Assembly (NCBI GenBank): GCA_964468755.1
Contig: CAYXWH010000005.1
Span: 1-52,367, forward strand
DNA: 52,367 nt
Direction of reading: 5' to 3'
DNA from: an uncultured Dehalococcoidaceae bacterium
GTDB lineage: Bacteria > Chloroflexota > Dehalococcoidia > Dehalococcoidales > RBG-16-60-22
Of this stretch, positions 25,928 through 34,630 are shown in pieces (position 1 is the first letter of the stretch; every line of letters starts with the position of its first letter). Below the pieces are notes generated by a model. That model did not search any database. It worked only from the letters and a program-made list of their open reading frames with translations, and was not told the DNA's origin. A program made the translations under genes and the position numbers.

Positions 25928-27445
25928 TTACTCAACCGTGTAGGCATTGCGCAGCACTTCGGATGGGGTAGTGATTTCCTCTTTCACTTTGTACATGCCA
26001 TCCTTGAGCAGCGTTACCAGCCCGTCTTTAATCGCTTGCTCCCGTAGCTGGCTGGAACTGGCCTCGTTAAGTAACAATGTTCTCAGCTCGTCGGTAGCCT
26101 GTAATATTTCAAAAATACCGGTTCGTCCTTTGTAGCCGGAATTGGCACAGGCTTTGCAGCCGCTGCCGTAGAGGAACTCGTCTCGTTCTTCCCCAACCTC
26201 TTTGCTGTAGGTCAATTGCTCAATTATGGGCACCTTTTTCATCTGGCCGCAGTTGGGACAGATGGTGCGCACCATTCGCTGAGCGACCACTCCAATGAGC
26301 GCCGAGGATACCAGAAACGGCTCGACCCCCAAATCGATGAGGCGCATTACCACACCGATGGCGTCATTGGCATGGATTGAAGACAGCACCAGGTGGCCGG
26401 TGAGGGCTGACTGTATGGCGATGTTGGCGGTTTCGGCGTCGCGTATCTCACCGACCAGGATGACATCGGGGTCAAGACGTAGTATGGACCGCAGCCCGCT
26501 GGCAAAGGTAATCCCCGCCCGGGGATTCACCTGTATCTGGTTGATGTTTTTAAAGCGGTACTCTACCGGGTCTTCAATGGTAATAATGTTTCTTCCTATC
26601 TTATCCAGGCGGTTAATCGAGGCATAAAGGGTGGTCGTCTTGCCGGCGCCGGTGGGACCGCTGGCCAGAATCATGCCGTAAGGGACTTTCAGCATCTTTT
26701 CAAACTTTTCCAGGCTATCGGGAAGGAAACCGAGTTCGGGAAGGTTAATCATTGCCCGTGACTTATCGAGGAGTCGAAGGGCAGCCATTTCGCCGTAGAC
26801 AGTGGCAATAGTGCCGACCCGGACATCGATGAGCCGACCCTTTGTTTTTACGGAGAACTGACCGTCCTGCGGGCGGTGGTGGTCGGCGATGTTCATGCTC
26901 GCCAGGATCTTGATTCGTGAGATGAGGGGGGTGGCGGTTTCCAGGGGCAGGGAAAACATGTCCAGGAGAGTGCCGTCAACGCGATAGCGCACCCGCAGCC
27001 TGTCTTCTTCCGTTTGAAGATGAACATCGGAAGCCCGGGCTTTTACCGCCTCGTCAACAATGAGGGTAAGTGCCTGGGCTACCGGTGCCTCGGTGGACGT
27101 ATCCAGTTTGATTTGTTGAGTGCTTTTTTCACCGGGAAGGGTGATGTTGGAAATCTGCTTCTCAATTTCATCATAGGCTTTATAATTAAAGTCTATGGCT
27201 TCATGAACCTCCTCAGCACTGGCGGCTTCCGGCTCGATCCGCATCTGGGTCTGGCTGGCGAGGGCTTCCAGGGCGAAGATATCAGAGGGATTCACCATGG
27301 CTACCGTTAAGACGTTACCTTCGATAGCGACGGGTATAGCCGCGTATTTTCTCGCCATTGCCTCGGGTATTAACTTTAATGCCTCAGTTTCGGGCAGATG
27401 CTTTCGCAACAGCGTCTGAGCTTGTTCTAACTGTTTTTTTCGCAT
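25928..27445 (-). CDS. pilB: Type IV pilus extension ATPase (GspE family)
   Basis: ASDVHL, PQDGQF, GPTGAGKTTTLY, LVGEIRD, CPNC..CKAC zinc site, GRTGIFE. Confidence 0.95.
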   Translation of the reverse strand: MRKKQLEQAQTLLRKHLPETEALKLIPEAMARKYAAIPVAIEGNVLTVAMVNPSDIFALEALASQTQMRIEPEAASAEEVHEAIDFNYKAYDEIEKQISNITLPGEKSTQQIKLDTSTEAPVAQALTLIVDEAVKARASDVHLQTEEDRLRVRYRVDGTLLDMFSLPLETATPLISRIKILASMNIADHHRPQDGQFSVKTKGRLIDVRVGTIATVYGEMAALRLLDKSRAMINLPELGFLPDSLEKFEKMLKVPYGMILASGPTGAGKTTTLYASINRLDKIGRNIITIEDPVEYRFKNINQIQVNPRAGITFASGLRSILRLDPDVILVGEIRDAETANIAIQSALTGHLVLSSIHANDAIGVVMRLIDLGVEPFLVSSALIGVVAQRMVRTICPNCGQMKKVPIIEQLTYSKEVGEERDEFLYGSGCKACANSGYKGRTGIFEILQATDELRTLLLNEASSSQLREQAIKDGLVTLLKDGMYKVKEEITTPSEVLRNAYTVE

Positions 27446-27603
27446 AGTGACCCTTTCCGGTTTGAGACGGATTACCCCTGTTTATATTACTGGCACTTTT
27501 TGGGGGATGACAATAGCTCTTTGGTCATGGGAATAAATGGTCAATCGGGGGCGGGCAAGCGTGCCGGGGTAATGGGTGGGGTACCGGAAAGCCGGGGGAG
27601 TTT

Positions 27604-30369
27604 TTACTCTGTGGAGGTAAGCTCAGCGAGCCGATTCAGCACGTCTTTCAGGGCGTCCAGCTCTTCACCGTAGCCTGACCAGTCGCCATCTTTAAGGTAC
27701 TGTTGTGCCTGGTCATAATGCTCCTGTGCCTGGGCGATAAGGTCGGCAACCTCGCTGGTTATGATTTCTGATGGCGCTGGTGGCGTCGGTCCTGGTGTCG
27801 GAGCCGGTGGTGGTTGCTCGATGCCAAAGATAGCCGCGATGCTTTCCTGGAGCGTGGGTTCCATAGCTATCTGCTCGCCGATAACGACAATAACACGCTT
27901 CAGTTCCGGGAGTCCGCCGGCTTCTGCCTGAAGAAAGACCGGTTCCACGTAGAGCATGGACTGGTCAAGGGGTATCAGCAGCAGGTTACCCCGAATAACC
28001 CGCGAACCGCCGCGACTCCACAGCGCGAGTTGCTCGGTAATGGCGGTGTCCTGGGAGATCCGCTTATCTATCTGGCTTGGCCCCTTAATCACCCGCTCCT
28101 TGGGAAAGAGGTAGGCAAGCAGGCTGCCATAGCGCTCGCCGTCGCAGCGGGCTGCCATCCAGCTGATGGCATTGTTTTTGTTCGCCGGGGTGAAAGGCAG
28201 CATCAGTAGAAATTCTTCCTTATCCTCTTCAGGAAGACGCATGATTACGTAGTAGGGTTCCACTGCCTGCTGCTCATTCCCGTAGTAGACCTCGTTGGGG
28301 ATTGACCACAGGTCTTCTTTGTTATAGAACACCCTGGCGTCCTGCATGTGGTAGCTCTGGTATACTGTGGACTGGATGGAGAACATGTCCTCCGGATAGC
28401 GAATATGGGCGCGCAGTGAGGCTGGCATCTGCTCAACCGGGACAAAGAGGTCAGGAAAGATGGCCTGATAGGTCTGTATCAGCGCATCATCCGGGTCAGT
28501 GACATAGAAGGTCACATCGCCATCATGCGCGTCGATAACCGCTTTGACACTATTCCGGATATAGTTCAGCCCGCCAAACGGCTGCGAGTAAGGATAACGG
28601 TCAGTGGTAGTATAGGCATCCTGCACCCAGAATAAGTGACCGTCGATTACCACCAGATAGGGGTCATTATCAAGCTGTAGAAATGGCGCGAGGTGATTCA
28701 CCCTTTCCCGGATATTGCGGTAGTAGAGCACCCGGCTCTCTCCGCTGATTTCGCCGCTGATAAGGATGTTCAGGTCGGCAAGTTGCCAGGCATAAGCCAG
28801 GCGGCGGATGCCGTTCAGGCTGACTCCGCCCTCACCTTTGTATTCACCGTATACATTCTCATCACCGCTGGGATAATCAAATTCTTCGGTCTTGGTGTGT
28901 ACAATCACATAATTATTGGTCTTTTCACCGTAATATATCTCCGGTTGCTGGACATCAAAGGAGCCAACCGGTGGTATGTTCTCTACCAGTAGCTCAGGGA
29001 GTCCCTGGGGGGTGATTTCATTGACCGGGCTCATCACCAGACCATAGCCATGAGTGAATTGCAGCCGGCGGTTGACCCAGGTCTGGGCTTCCCCCGCCAG
29101 CTTCTCCGGGGAGAGTTCACGGGCGGAAAGCATAACCTGGCGGTACTGGCCATCGATAGTATAACGGTCAATATCCACGTCATTGAAATCATAGTAAAGC
29201 CTGATGGCATGGAGCTCTTTATAGGTGTCTTTAAGCGGGCGCGGGTCCCAGAGCCGGATATTGTTGATGGTTACCTCATTTCCGACCAGGTCCTGCTGGC
29301 TCAGTAGCTCTTCGGCGGGATATGATTGCTCCTCAATACGGTTTAGGGCAAAGCCTTCCCGGGTGAATTGAATATTGTATTCAATATAGGGCTTTTCCCG
29401 GGCAAGTTCACTGGGTTGAACCTGGAAACGCTGCACGATGCCGGGAAAGATAGCCCCGACGATGATAACGGCCACTATCCATCCTCCGATGGCGTAGAGG
29501 GGCCAGCGGAATTTGCGCCGCCAGATGGCGGCGGCTATGACCACGATGCAGATGAGCACCACGATGAAAAGGATCCATTGTGCGGGAAGCTGGGCGTTCA
29601 TATCGGTGTAGCCGGCACCGAAAATCACCCCACGGTCCGAGAAGACCAGTTCCCAGATACCCAGCCAGTAGCCCCAGGCGAAAAGACCGAGAATAGCCAT
29701 GACCAGTCCGCCGAGATGAGCCAGTACCGGACGGGGTAAATCAAACCGGCGTCGCTGTAGCATAGAGCCAATAAAGTAACTGCCAAGGGTCACCAGGAAG
29801 GTAACTATCAATACACCCAGGAGCCAGCCTCGCAGCCAGTTAAAGAAGGGCAGGGAAAAGACATAAAAACCGAGTTCCCGGGAAAAGACAGGGTCGGTAG
29901 CGCCGAAGGGCTGCCCGTTGAAAAAGCGGAGAAATGCCAGCCAGTTCCCCTGGGCTACCAGACCAAAGATTAAGCTGAGTATCGCTGTTCCCAGAATCAC
30001 GGCCAGCCGGGCAGACCGCTTTATCCGGGTCATTACAGACCAGGGCCAGATGTTCTTCCCGTTCGGGGATAGCAGTCGCGCTGCCAGCATTAAGTTCCCG
30101 AAAATCAGGATGCCGGCGATAATGGCTGCTATGAAAAACGACAGCACCCTGGTGTTGACAATGGTGGTGTAGACACTGCTGTAATCCAGGCTACCGAACC
30201 AGAGCCACTCCGTGTAAATGCCTTTGGCGGTGTTGATAATGATGAACAGGAGCAGGATTCCACCAAGGGTCAGTAAAACCTTGGAGGCGGTACCCTGGCG
30301 GCGACGGGGTGGAGATGGTTTTTCTTCTTCCGGGAACCAGCGTTGCCACTGCTGCTCGAATGAATCCAT
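27604..30369 (-). CDS. UPF0182-family membrane protein
   Basis: TEWLWFGSL, DPVFSRELGFYVFSLP, NIRLWD, LQFTHGYG, NYIRNSVKAVIDA, RYPEDMF, VIRGNLL motifs. Confidence 0.92.
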   Translation of the reverse strand: MDSFEQQWQRWFPEEEKPSPPRRRQGTASKVLLTLGGILLLFIIINTAKGIYTEWLWFGSLDYSSVYTTIVNTRVLSFFIAAIIAGILIFGNLMLAARLLSPNGKNIWPWSVMTRIKRSARLAVILGTAILSLIFGLVAQGNWLAFLRFFNGQPFGATDPVFSRELGFYVFSLPFFNWLRGWLLGVLIVTFLVTLGSYFIGSMLQRRRFDLPRPVLAHLGGLVMAILGLFAWGYWLGIWELVFSDRGVIFGAGYTDMNAQLPAQWILFIVVLICIVVIAAAIWRRKFRWPLYAIGGWIVAVIIVGAIFPGIVQRFQVQPSELAREKPYIEYNIQFTREGFALNRIEEQSYPAEELLSQQDLVGNEVTINNIRLWDPRPLKDTYKELHAIRLYYDFNDVDIDRYTIDGQYRQVMLSARELSPEKLAGEAQTWVNRRLQFTHGYGLVMSPVNEITPQGLPELLVENIPPVGSFDVQQPEIYYGEKTNNYVIVHTKTEEFDYPSGDENVYGEYKGEGGVSLNGIRRLAYAWQLADLNILISGEISGESRVLYYRNIRERVNHLAPFLQLDNDPYLVVIDGHLFWVQDAYTTTDRYPYSQPFGGLNYIRNSVKAVIDAHDGDVTFYVTDPDDALIQTYQAIFPDLFVPVEQMPASLRAHIRYPEDMFSIQSTVYQSYHMQDARVFYNKEDLWSIPNEVYYGNEQQAVEPYYVIMRLPEEDKEEFLLMLPFTPANKNNAISWMAARCDGERYGSLLAYLFPKERVIKGPSQIDKRISQDTAITEQLALWSRGGSRVIRGNLLLIPLDQSMLYVEPVFLQAEAGGLPELKRVIVVIGEQIAMEPTLQESIAAIFGIEQPPPAPTPGPTPPAPSEIITSEVADLIAQAQEHYDQAQQYLKDGDWSGYGEELDALKDVLNRLAELTSTE

Positions 30370-30436
30370 TTGGTAGCTGCTCCAGTCCTGCGAGGCAATT
30401 TTATCTTATTGCTGATTTGATCCTCTATATGGGGAA

Positions 30437-30465
30437 AGGATAACACACCCCGTAGTCTCGGTCAA
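30437..30465 (-). promoter_or_regulatory. Promoter of UPF0182
   Basis: TTGACC-N17-TATCCT. Confidence 0.5.
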
Positions 30466-30534
30466 TACGCAGTCAAGTAATGTGGTAACGAGGAATTAGG
30501 TTACCGAATCCGTTAGCTATTCTCTCGGTGACTT

Positions 30535-30543
30535 TGCTATAAT
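30535..30543 (+). promoter_or_regulatory. Extended -10 promoter of the MFS gene
   Basis: TGcTATAAT 12 nt before the ATG; no Shine-Dalgarno. Confidence 0.6.
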
Positions 30544-30555
30544 CAATATATCCCT

Positions 30556-31800
30556 ATGTATCAAGATGCGCAAGGCTCCGCCGGGTTTAAAAGAAACCGG
30601 GTTGTCACCGTTTCCCTGGTTACCCTTTGTCAGAGTTTTCAGGCGCTCTCTTTCGGTGGTATTGCCCTCTTTTTGCCGTTAATTCGCGGAGACCTCGGTT
30701 TGTCCTTTACCCAGGGAGGGACTCTCTCGGCAGTAGCCGTTCTTGTCTACGCTTTGATGCAGGTCCCGGTGGGGTACCTGACCGACCGCTTCGGTCCCAA
30801 ACGGTTGTTTTTCATTGGTGTGCTGGGTACCACCATTCTGGCGTTGGCTCTTGGCCTGGTGACCGAGTACTGGCAGGCACTGGCGGTGCAGGCACTATCC
30901 GGGTGCTCCCGGGCTTTTCTGTTTGCCCCGGGGCTGGCGCTGCTTTCCGGATGGTTCCCCCCGCACCGGCAGGCTACCGCTATGGGACTCTATCTGGTAG
31001 GCATGTTTGTAGGCACTATTACCCTTGATATCGTTGGCCCGTTACTTGTGGCGCACTATAGCTGGCGTGTACCGTTTATTGGTTTCGCTTCATTGGGGAT
31101 AATTATCTCGTTTATTTTTGCCCGCTTTGGCAGGGTGTCCTCTTCCCGGGGCGGACAGCAGAAGGTGACCATTGGGGAAATACTGCGGCTCTTTCGCTAC
31201 CGGGTCATGTGGGTCTGTGGTATTCTGCAGTATATCAGGCTGGCGATTTGGCAGGGTATTGAGTTCTGGCTGCCCAGCCTTCTCATTGAGGAGAAAGGGC
31301 TGGCTTTACAGCTCACCGGACTGCTCATTGCCATCCGTACCGGTATTATTGCACCGTCGAACATGCTCGGTGGTTACATCTCTGACCGGATGAAAAACCC
31401 GGTTCTGGTTATTGGTTTATCCCTTGTCATGCTGGCGGTTACTGTCGGGTTGTTTATCGTGGTGAAAAGCATGGTGTTGCTTATTGTCGCCATCTTTATT
31501 AACGCGCTATTTGTGCAGATGTATTTCGGGCCACTGTTTGCCTTTCCGGTGGAAATCCTGGGTACGCGTACCGCCGGCATATCACGGGGCTTCAGCAATT
31601 TATTTGCCAATCTGGGTGCGTTCAGCTTCATCTATCTCCTTGGCGGGCTGCGGGACTTCACCGGTTCTTTTGATTCCGGCTTTTATGCCATTATTGGGCT
31701 ATGCCTTATTGGTCTGGTGATGACCTTTGTCCTTGCCCGACTACGGCGTACCACGCCCGGGCGGCAACCGCCGGCCGGACATACCGGCGCCGGTTTTTAG
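30556..31800 (+). CDS. MFS transporter
   Basis: About 12 TM helices; GYLTDRFGPK motif A, repeated as GYISDR. Confidence 0.9.
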   Translation: MYQDAQGSAGFKRNRVVTVSLVTLCQSFQALSFGGIALFLPLIRGDLGLSFTQGGTLSAVAVLVYALMQVPVGYLTDRFGPKRLFFIGVLGTTILALALGLVTEYWQALAVQALSGCSRAFLFAPGLALLSGWFPPHRQATAMGLYLVGMFVGTITLDIVGPLLVAHYSWRVPFIGFASLGIIISFIFARFGRVSSSRGGQQKVTIGEILRLFRYRVMWVCGILQYIRLAIWQGIEFWLPSLLIEEKGLALQLTGLLIAIRTGIIAPSNMLGGYISDRMKNPVLVIGLSLVMLAVTVGLFIVVKSMVLLIVAIFINALFVQMYFGPLFAFPVEILGTRTAGISRGFSNLFANLGAFSFIYLLGGLRDFTGSFDSGFYAIIGLCLIGLVMTFVLARLRRTTPGRQPPAGHTGAGF

Positions 31801-31990
31801 CTTTCATGTAATATCTCTTGCCAGCCCTGTTCAACTAGATGGAGTTCGTTATCAACAACGGTGAATAAATTACTGGACATAATGTGGTAAAAATGGTACT
31901 ATAAATCGTGAAATAGTGTTTATTATATGATTCTGTTCAATCAGCATTATTGAATAGAGAAACCGGGCTTTTTTAAAGCCGAGAGGAGGC

Positions 31991-32908
31991 GTGGTGAGAG
32001 AGGAGATAAAGAACTTTCTGAATTATCTGACAGTGGAGAAAGGCTACTCGGAGAATACAATTGCTGCCTACCGGAATGACCTGAACAGCCTGGCTGATTT
32101 TATAGAGGCAGCGGCAGCCAGGCGTGGTGAAGTGCCATCGTGGGTAAATTTTGACCGGCAGGGGATGTTGAGCTATCAGCTTGATTTGAAAGAACGGGGC
32201 TATGTGCCCACTACACTGGCTCGCAAGGTAGCTGCCGCCCGGTCTTTCTTTGGCTTCATGGTGGCAGAGGGCGTTCTCAAGATTGACCCTACCGAAAATA
32301 TGCGTTCTCCCGGTGTGGGCAAGGCATTACCCAAACCTATTTCCATCGATCAGGTACGCCGTTTGTTAGCGCAGCCAGCCAAGCTCACCACAGCGGAGGC
32401 GAAACGGGACAGGGCTATGCTGGAGTTACTGTACGCCAGTGGTATGCGGATAACTGAGCTGGTGTCTTTGAACCTGGGTGATATCAATACCGAGGGGGAA
32501 TATTCCGTTCGTTGTTTCGGGAAGGGACACAAGGAACGTATCATTCCCATCTATGAGCAGGTAGCCAGGACAGTGAAGGAATATATCGATGAAATCCGCC
32601 CCCGGTTAGCGCGTGGTAAGAATGAGACGGCTATTTTCCTCAATGCCCGCGGGGAGCGGCTGACCAGGCAGGGATTCTGGCAGAAGCTGAAGGAGTATGC
32701 CAAATCAGCCAAACTGGATACCAAGATTAGCCCGCATACTTTGCGGCATAGTTTTGCCACGCATATGCTCAGTGGCGGGGCTGACTTGCGGGCGGTGCAG
32801 GAACTGCTGGGTCATGCCAATATATCAACCACACAGGTCTATACTCATTTGACCACCGAACACATCCGAAGGGCGTATGAGAAATCTCACCCGCGGGCTA
32901 AGAAGTAA
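31991..32908 (+). CDS. xerD: Tyrosine recombinase XerD
   Basis: RDRAMLELLYASGMR, GKGHKER, SPHTLRHSFATH, LLGHANISTTQVY; complete R-K-H-R-H-Y set. Confidence 0.9.
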   Translation: MVREEIKNFLNYLTVEKGYSENTIAAYRNDLNSLADFIEAAAARRGEVPSWVNFDRQGMLSYQLDLKERGYVPTTLARKVAAARSFFGFMVAEGVLKIDPTENMRSPGVGKALPKPISIDQVRRLLAQPAKLTTAEAKRDRAMLELLYASGMRITELVSLNLGDINTEGEYSVRCFGKGHKERIIPIYEQVARTVKEYIDEIRPRLARGKNETAIFLNARGERLTRQGFWQKLKEYAKSAKLDTKISPHTLRHSFATHMLSGGADLRAVQELLGHANISTTQVYTHLTTEHIRRAYEKSHPRAKK

Positions 32909-32976
32909 TCTTGCCGGAGAGAACAGAAGCATGTCAGTATTACAACTATTATGGTTATCAGAGGGGGAGGTGCCGG

Positions 32977-33270
32977 ATGCCAGCTAAACATCACGGGAAA
33001 GGAAAGCAGGTTCCCCAAAGTAAAAAAGGTAAAGCCAAGCTCCGGGCTATGATGAGGTCGTCACAGCCGGCGGCTCCGGACATGACGACTCCCGGGGTGG
33101 AGACGCTGACTCCTGTGGAGAGGCCAGCGGTAGCGGTACCGGTATCGCCCCATGTGGTAAAGCCGGATGCTGCCCGGTATCCGTATATTTCCATTGAGCT
33201 GCGAAGGATCGGTATTTTAGCCGGGATAATTATCGTCATCCTCATCGTGCTTGTTGTGGTTATACCCTGA
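32977..33270 (+). CDS. Small C-terminally anchored membrane protein, hypothetical
   Basis: GGGGGAGG Shine-Dalgarno before ATG at 32977; basic N-terminus, Pro-rich linker, ELRRIGILAGII TM. Confidence 0.7.
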   Translation: MPAKHHGKGKQVPQSKKGKAKLRAMMRSSQPAAPDMTTPGVETLTPVERPAVAVPVSPHVVKPDAARYPYISIELRRIGILAGIIIVILIVLVVVIP

Positions 33271-33290
33271 CTTCTTACTAGCGATTAGTA

Positions 33291-33926
33291 ATGGACTTTA
33301 CGGCTGAAAGAGCGAGATTAACCAGGTATCTGAGCAGCGAAATCCAGGATGAACGGGTATTGGCGGTTATGTCCCGTTTACCGCGCGAACTCTTTATCCC
33401 GCCGGAGAACCGGCGCTTTGCCTATGATGATAGGCCGCTGTCTATCGGCATGGATCAGACTATCTCTCAACCTTACATCATTGCCCTCATGACCCAGGCG
33501 CTGGAACTGACCGGTGATGAAAAGGTACTGGAAATAGGGACCGGTAGCGGCTATCAGACAGCCATCCTGGCAGAACTGGCGAAGTATATCGTCACGGTAG
33601 AGCGTCTGGAGGCACTGGCGCAGCGTGCCCGCAAGGTGCTGGACAGGTTGGGCTATACCAATATTGAAATGCACCCCGCCGGGGAAACGCTGGGCTGGGT
33701 GGAGGGCGCCCCCTATGATGCCATCCTGGTGACGGCTGGAGCTCCCAGAGTGCCGGATACCCTTTTAGACCAGCTGGCTATCGGCGGGCGGATGGTGATT
33801 CCGGTAGGCTCCCGCTACTTACAGGAACTATGTAAAATTACCAGGCACAAAACCAGGACCAAGGTTGAAAACCTGGGTGGTTGTCACTTTGTCTCCTTGA
33901 TTGGTAAGGATGCCTGGGAAGAGTAA
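33291..33926 (+). CDS. pcm: Protein-L-isoaspartate O-methyltransferase
   Basis: QTISQPYI, VLEIGTGSGYQ, APYDAILVTAG, LAIGGRMVIPVG motifs. Confidence 0.95.
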   Translation: MDFTAERARLTRYLSSEIQDERVLAVMSRLPRELFIPPENRRFAYDDRPLSIGMDQTISQPYIIALMTQALELTGDEKVLEIGTGSGYQTAILAELAKYIVTVERLEALAQRARKVLDRLGYTNIEMHPAGETLGWVEGAPYDAILVTAGAPRVPDTLLDQLAIGGRMVIPVGSRYLQELCKITRHKTRTKVENLGGCHFVSLIGKDAWEE

Positions 33927-33998
33927 GCCGTCTTTTACCATGGGGGATAGTCGGGGGGATTTACCTTGGCAAAGTAACTCGGTTTCAACGGGGTATAC

Positions 33999-34547
33999 AT
34001 GAAGTATCGATGGTGGCTCGTCGTCACTGCTGGCCTCTTTGTCATCGGTATGGTGGCCGGGCTGGCTATGCCGGTCGGCGTGGGCGATATCCTTACCGAT
34101 GAACTGGCGGTACTGGGGGAGCTCGGTAGCGCCTTAGCGCCATTTACCGTGTCAACCGCGCTATTTATCTTTTTTAAAAATGTCCTGGCGCTGCTGGTAG
34201 GCTTTATCCTCAGTCCGCTGTTATGTGTGGTGCCGGTGTTGACTTTGCTTCTCAATGGTGGGGTGCTGGCAGTGGTGGCGGCGGAGGTTGCCCGGGAAAC
34301 ATCGGTGGGCCTGGTCATTGCCGCCTTGCTCCCGCACGGCATATTAGAAATACCGGCAATAATTATCGGTGAGGCGGCGGCTCTGAACTTTGGTGTAATG
34401 GCTATGATAGCGCTTGTCTCCAGAAAACGGAGACAGCACTTTCCCTCCGCGATGAGGCTGAGCTTGAAATACATGGGGGTAGCCTGTGTCTTGCTGGTAC
34501 CGGCGGCTCTCATTGAGACCTTTGTTACCCCGATGGTACTGCGGTAA
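33999..34547 (+). CDS. SpoIIM/DUF95-family membrane protein
   Basis: IFFKN, LLLNGGVL, LLPHGILEIPA, AALIETFVTP motifs. Confidence 0.85.
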   Translation: MKYRWWLVVTAGLFVIGMVAGLAMPVGVGDILTDELAVLGELGSALAPFTVSTALFIFFKNVLALLVGFILSPLLCVVPVLTLLLNGGVLAVVAAEVARETSVGLVIAALLPHGILEIPAIIIGEAAALNFGVMAMIALVSRKRRQHFPSAMRLSLKYMGVACVLLVPAALIETFVTPMVLR

Positions 34548-34566
34548 CGGCTGAGCCCTGATTAAC

Positions 34567-34596
34567 TTGCCCCTGCTCCCCGACTGCGGGTATAAT
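34567..34596 (+). promoter_or_regulatory. Promoter of the EF-G2 gene
   Basis: TTGCCC-N18-TATAAT. Confidence 0.6.
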
Positions 34597-34630
34597 GATA
34601 GTCAGATATTTCTTAAGAGTGGGTGATTAA

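Noticed and set aside
16946-30492. Identical 12-mer TGTGGTAACGAG at 16946 and 30481 as att sites or a shared operator
   Set aside because: Many 12-mer matches are expected by chance in 52 kb; it splits the locus illogically and no integrase is tied to it
31873-31900. dif site next to xerD (ACTGGACATAA-TGTGGT-...)
   Set aside because: The left arm resembles a XerC arm, but the XerD arm (TTATGTTAAAT-like) is absent
31991-32908. Phage or island integrase
   Set aside because: Length and motifs match chromosomal XerD; flanked by housekeeping genes, with no att repeats or cargo
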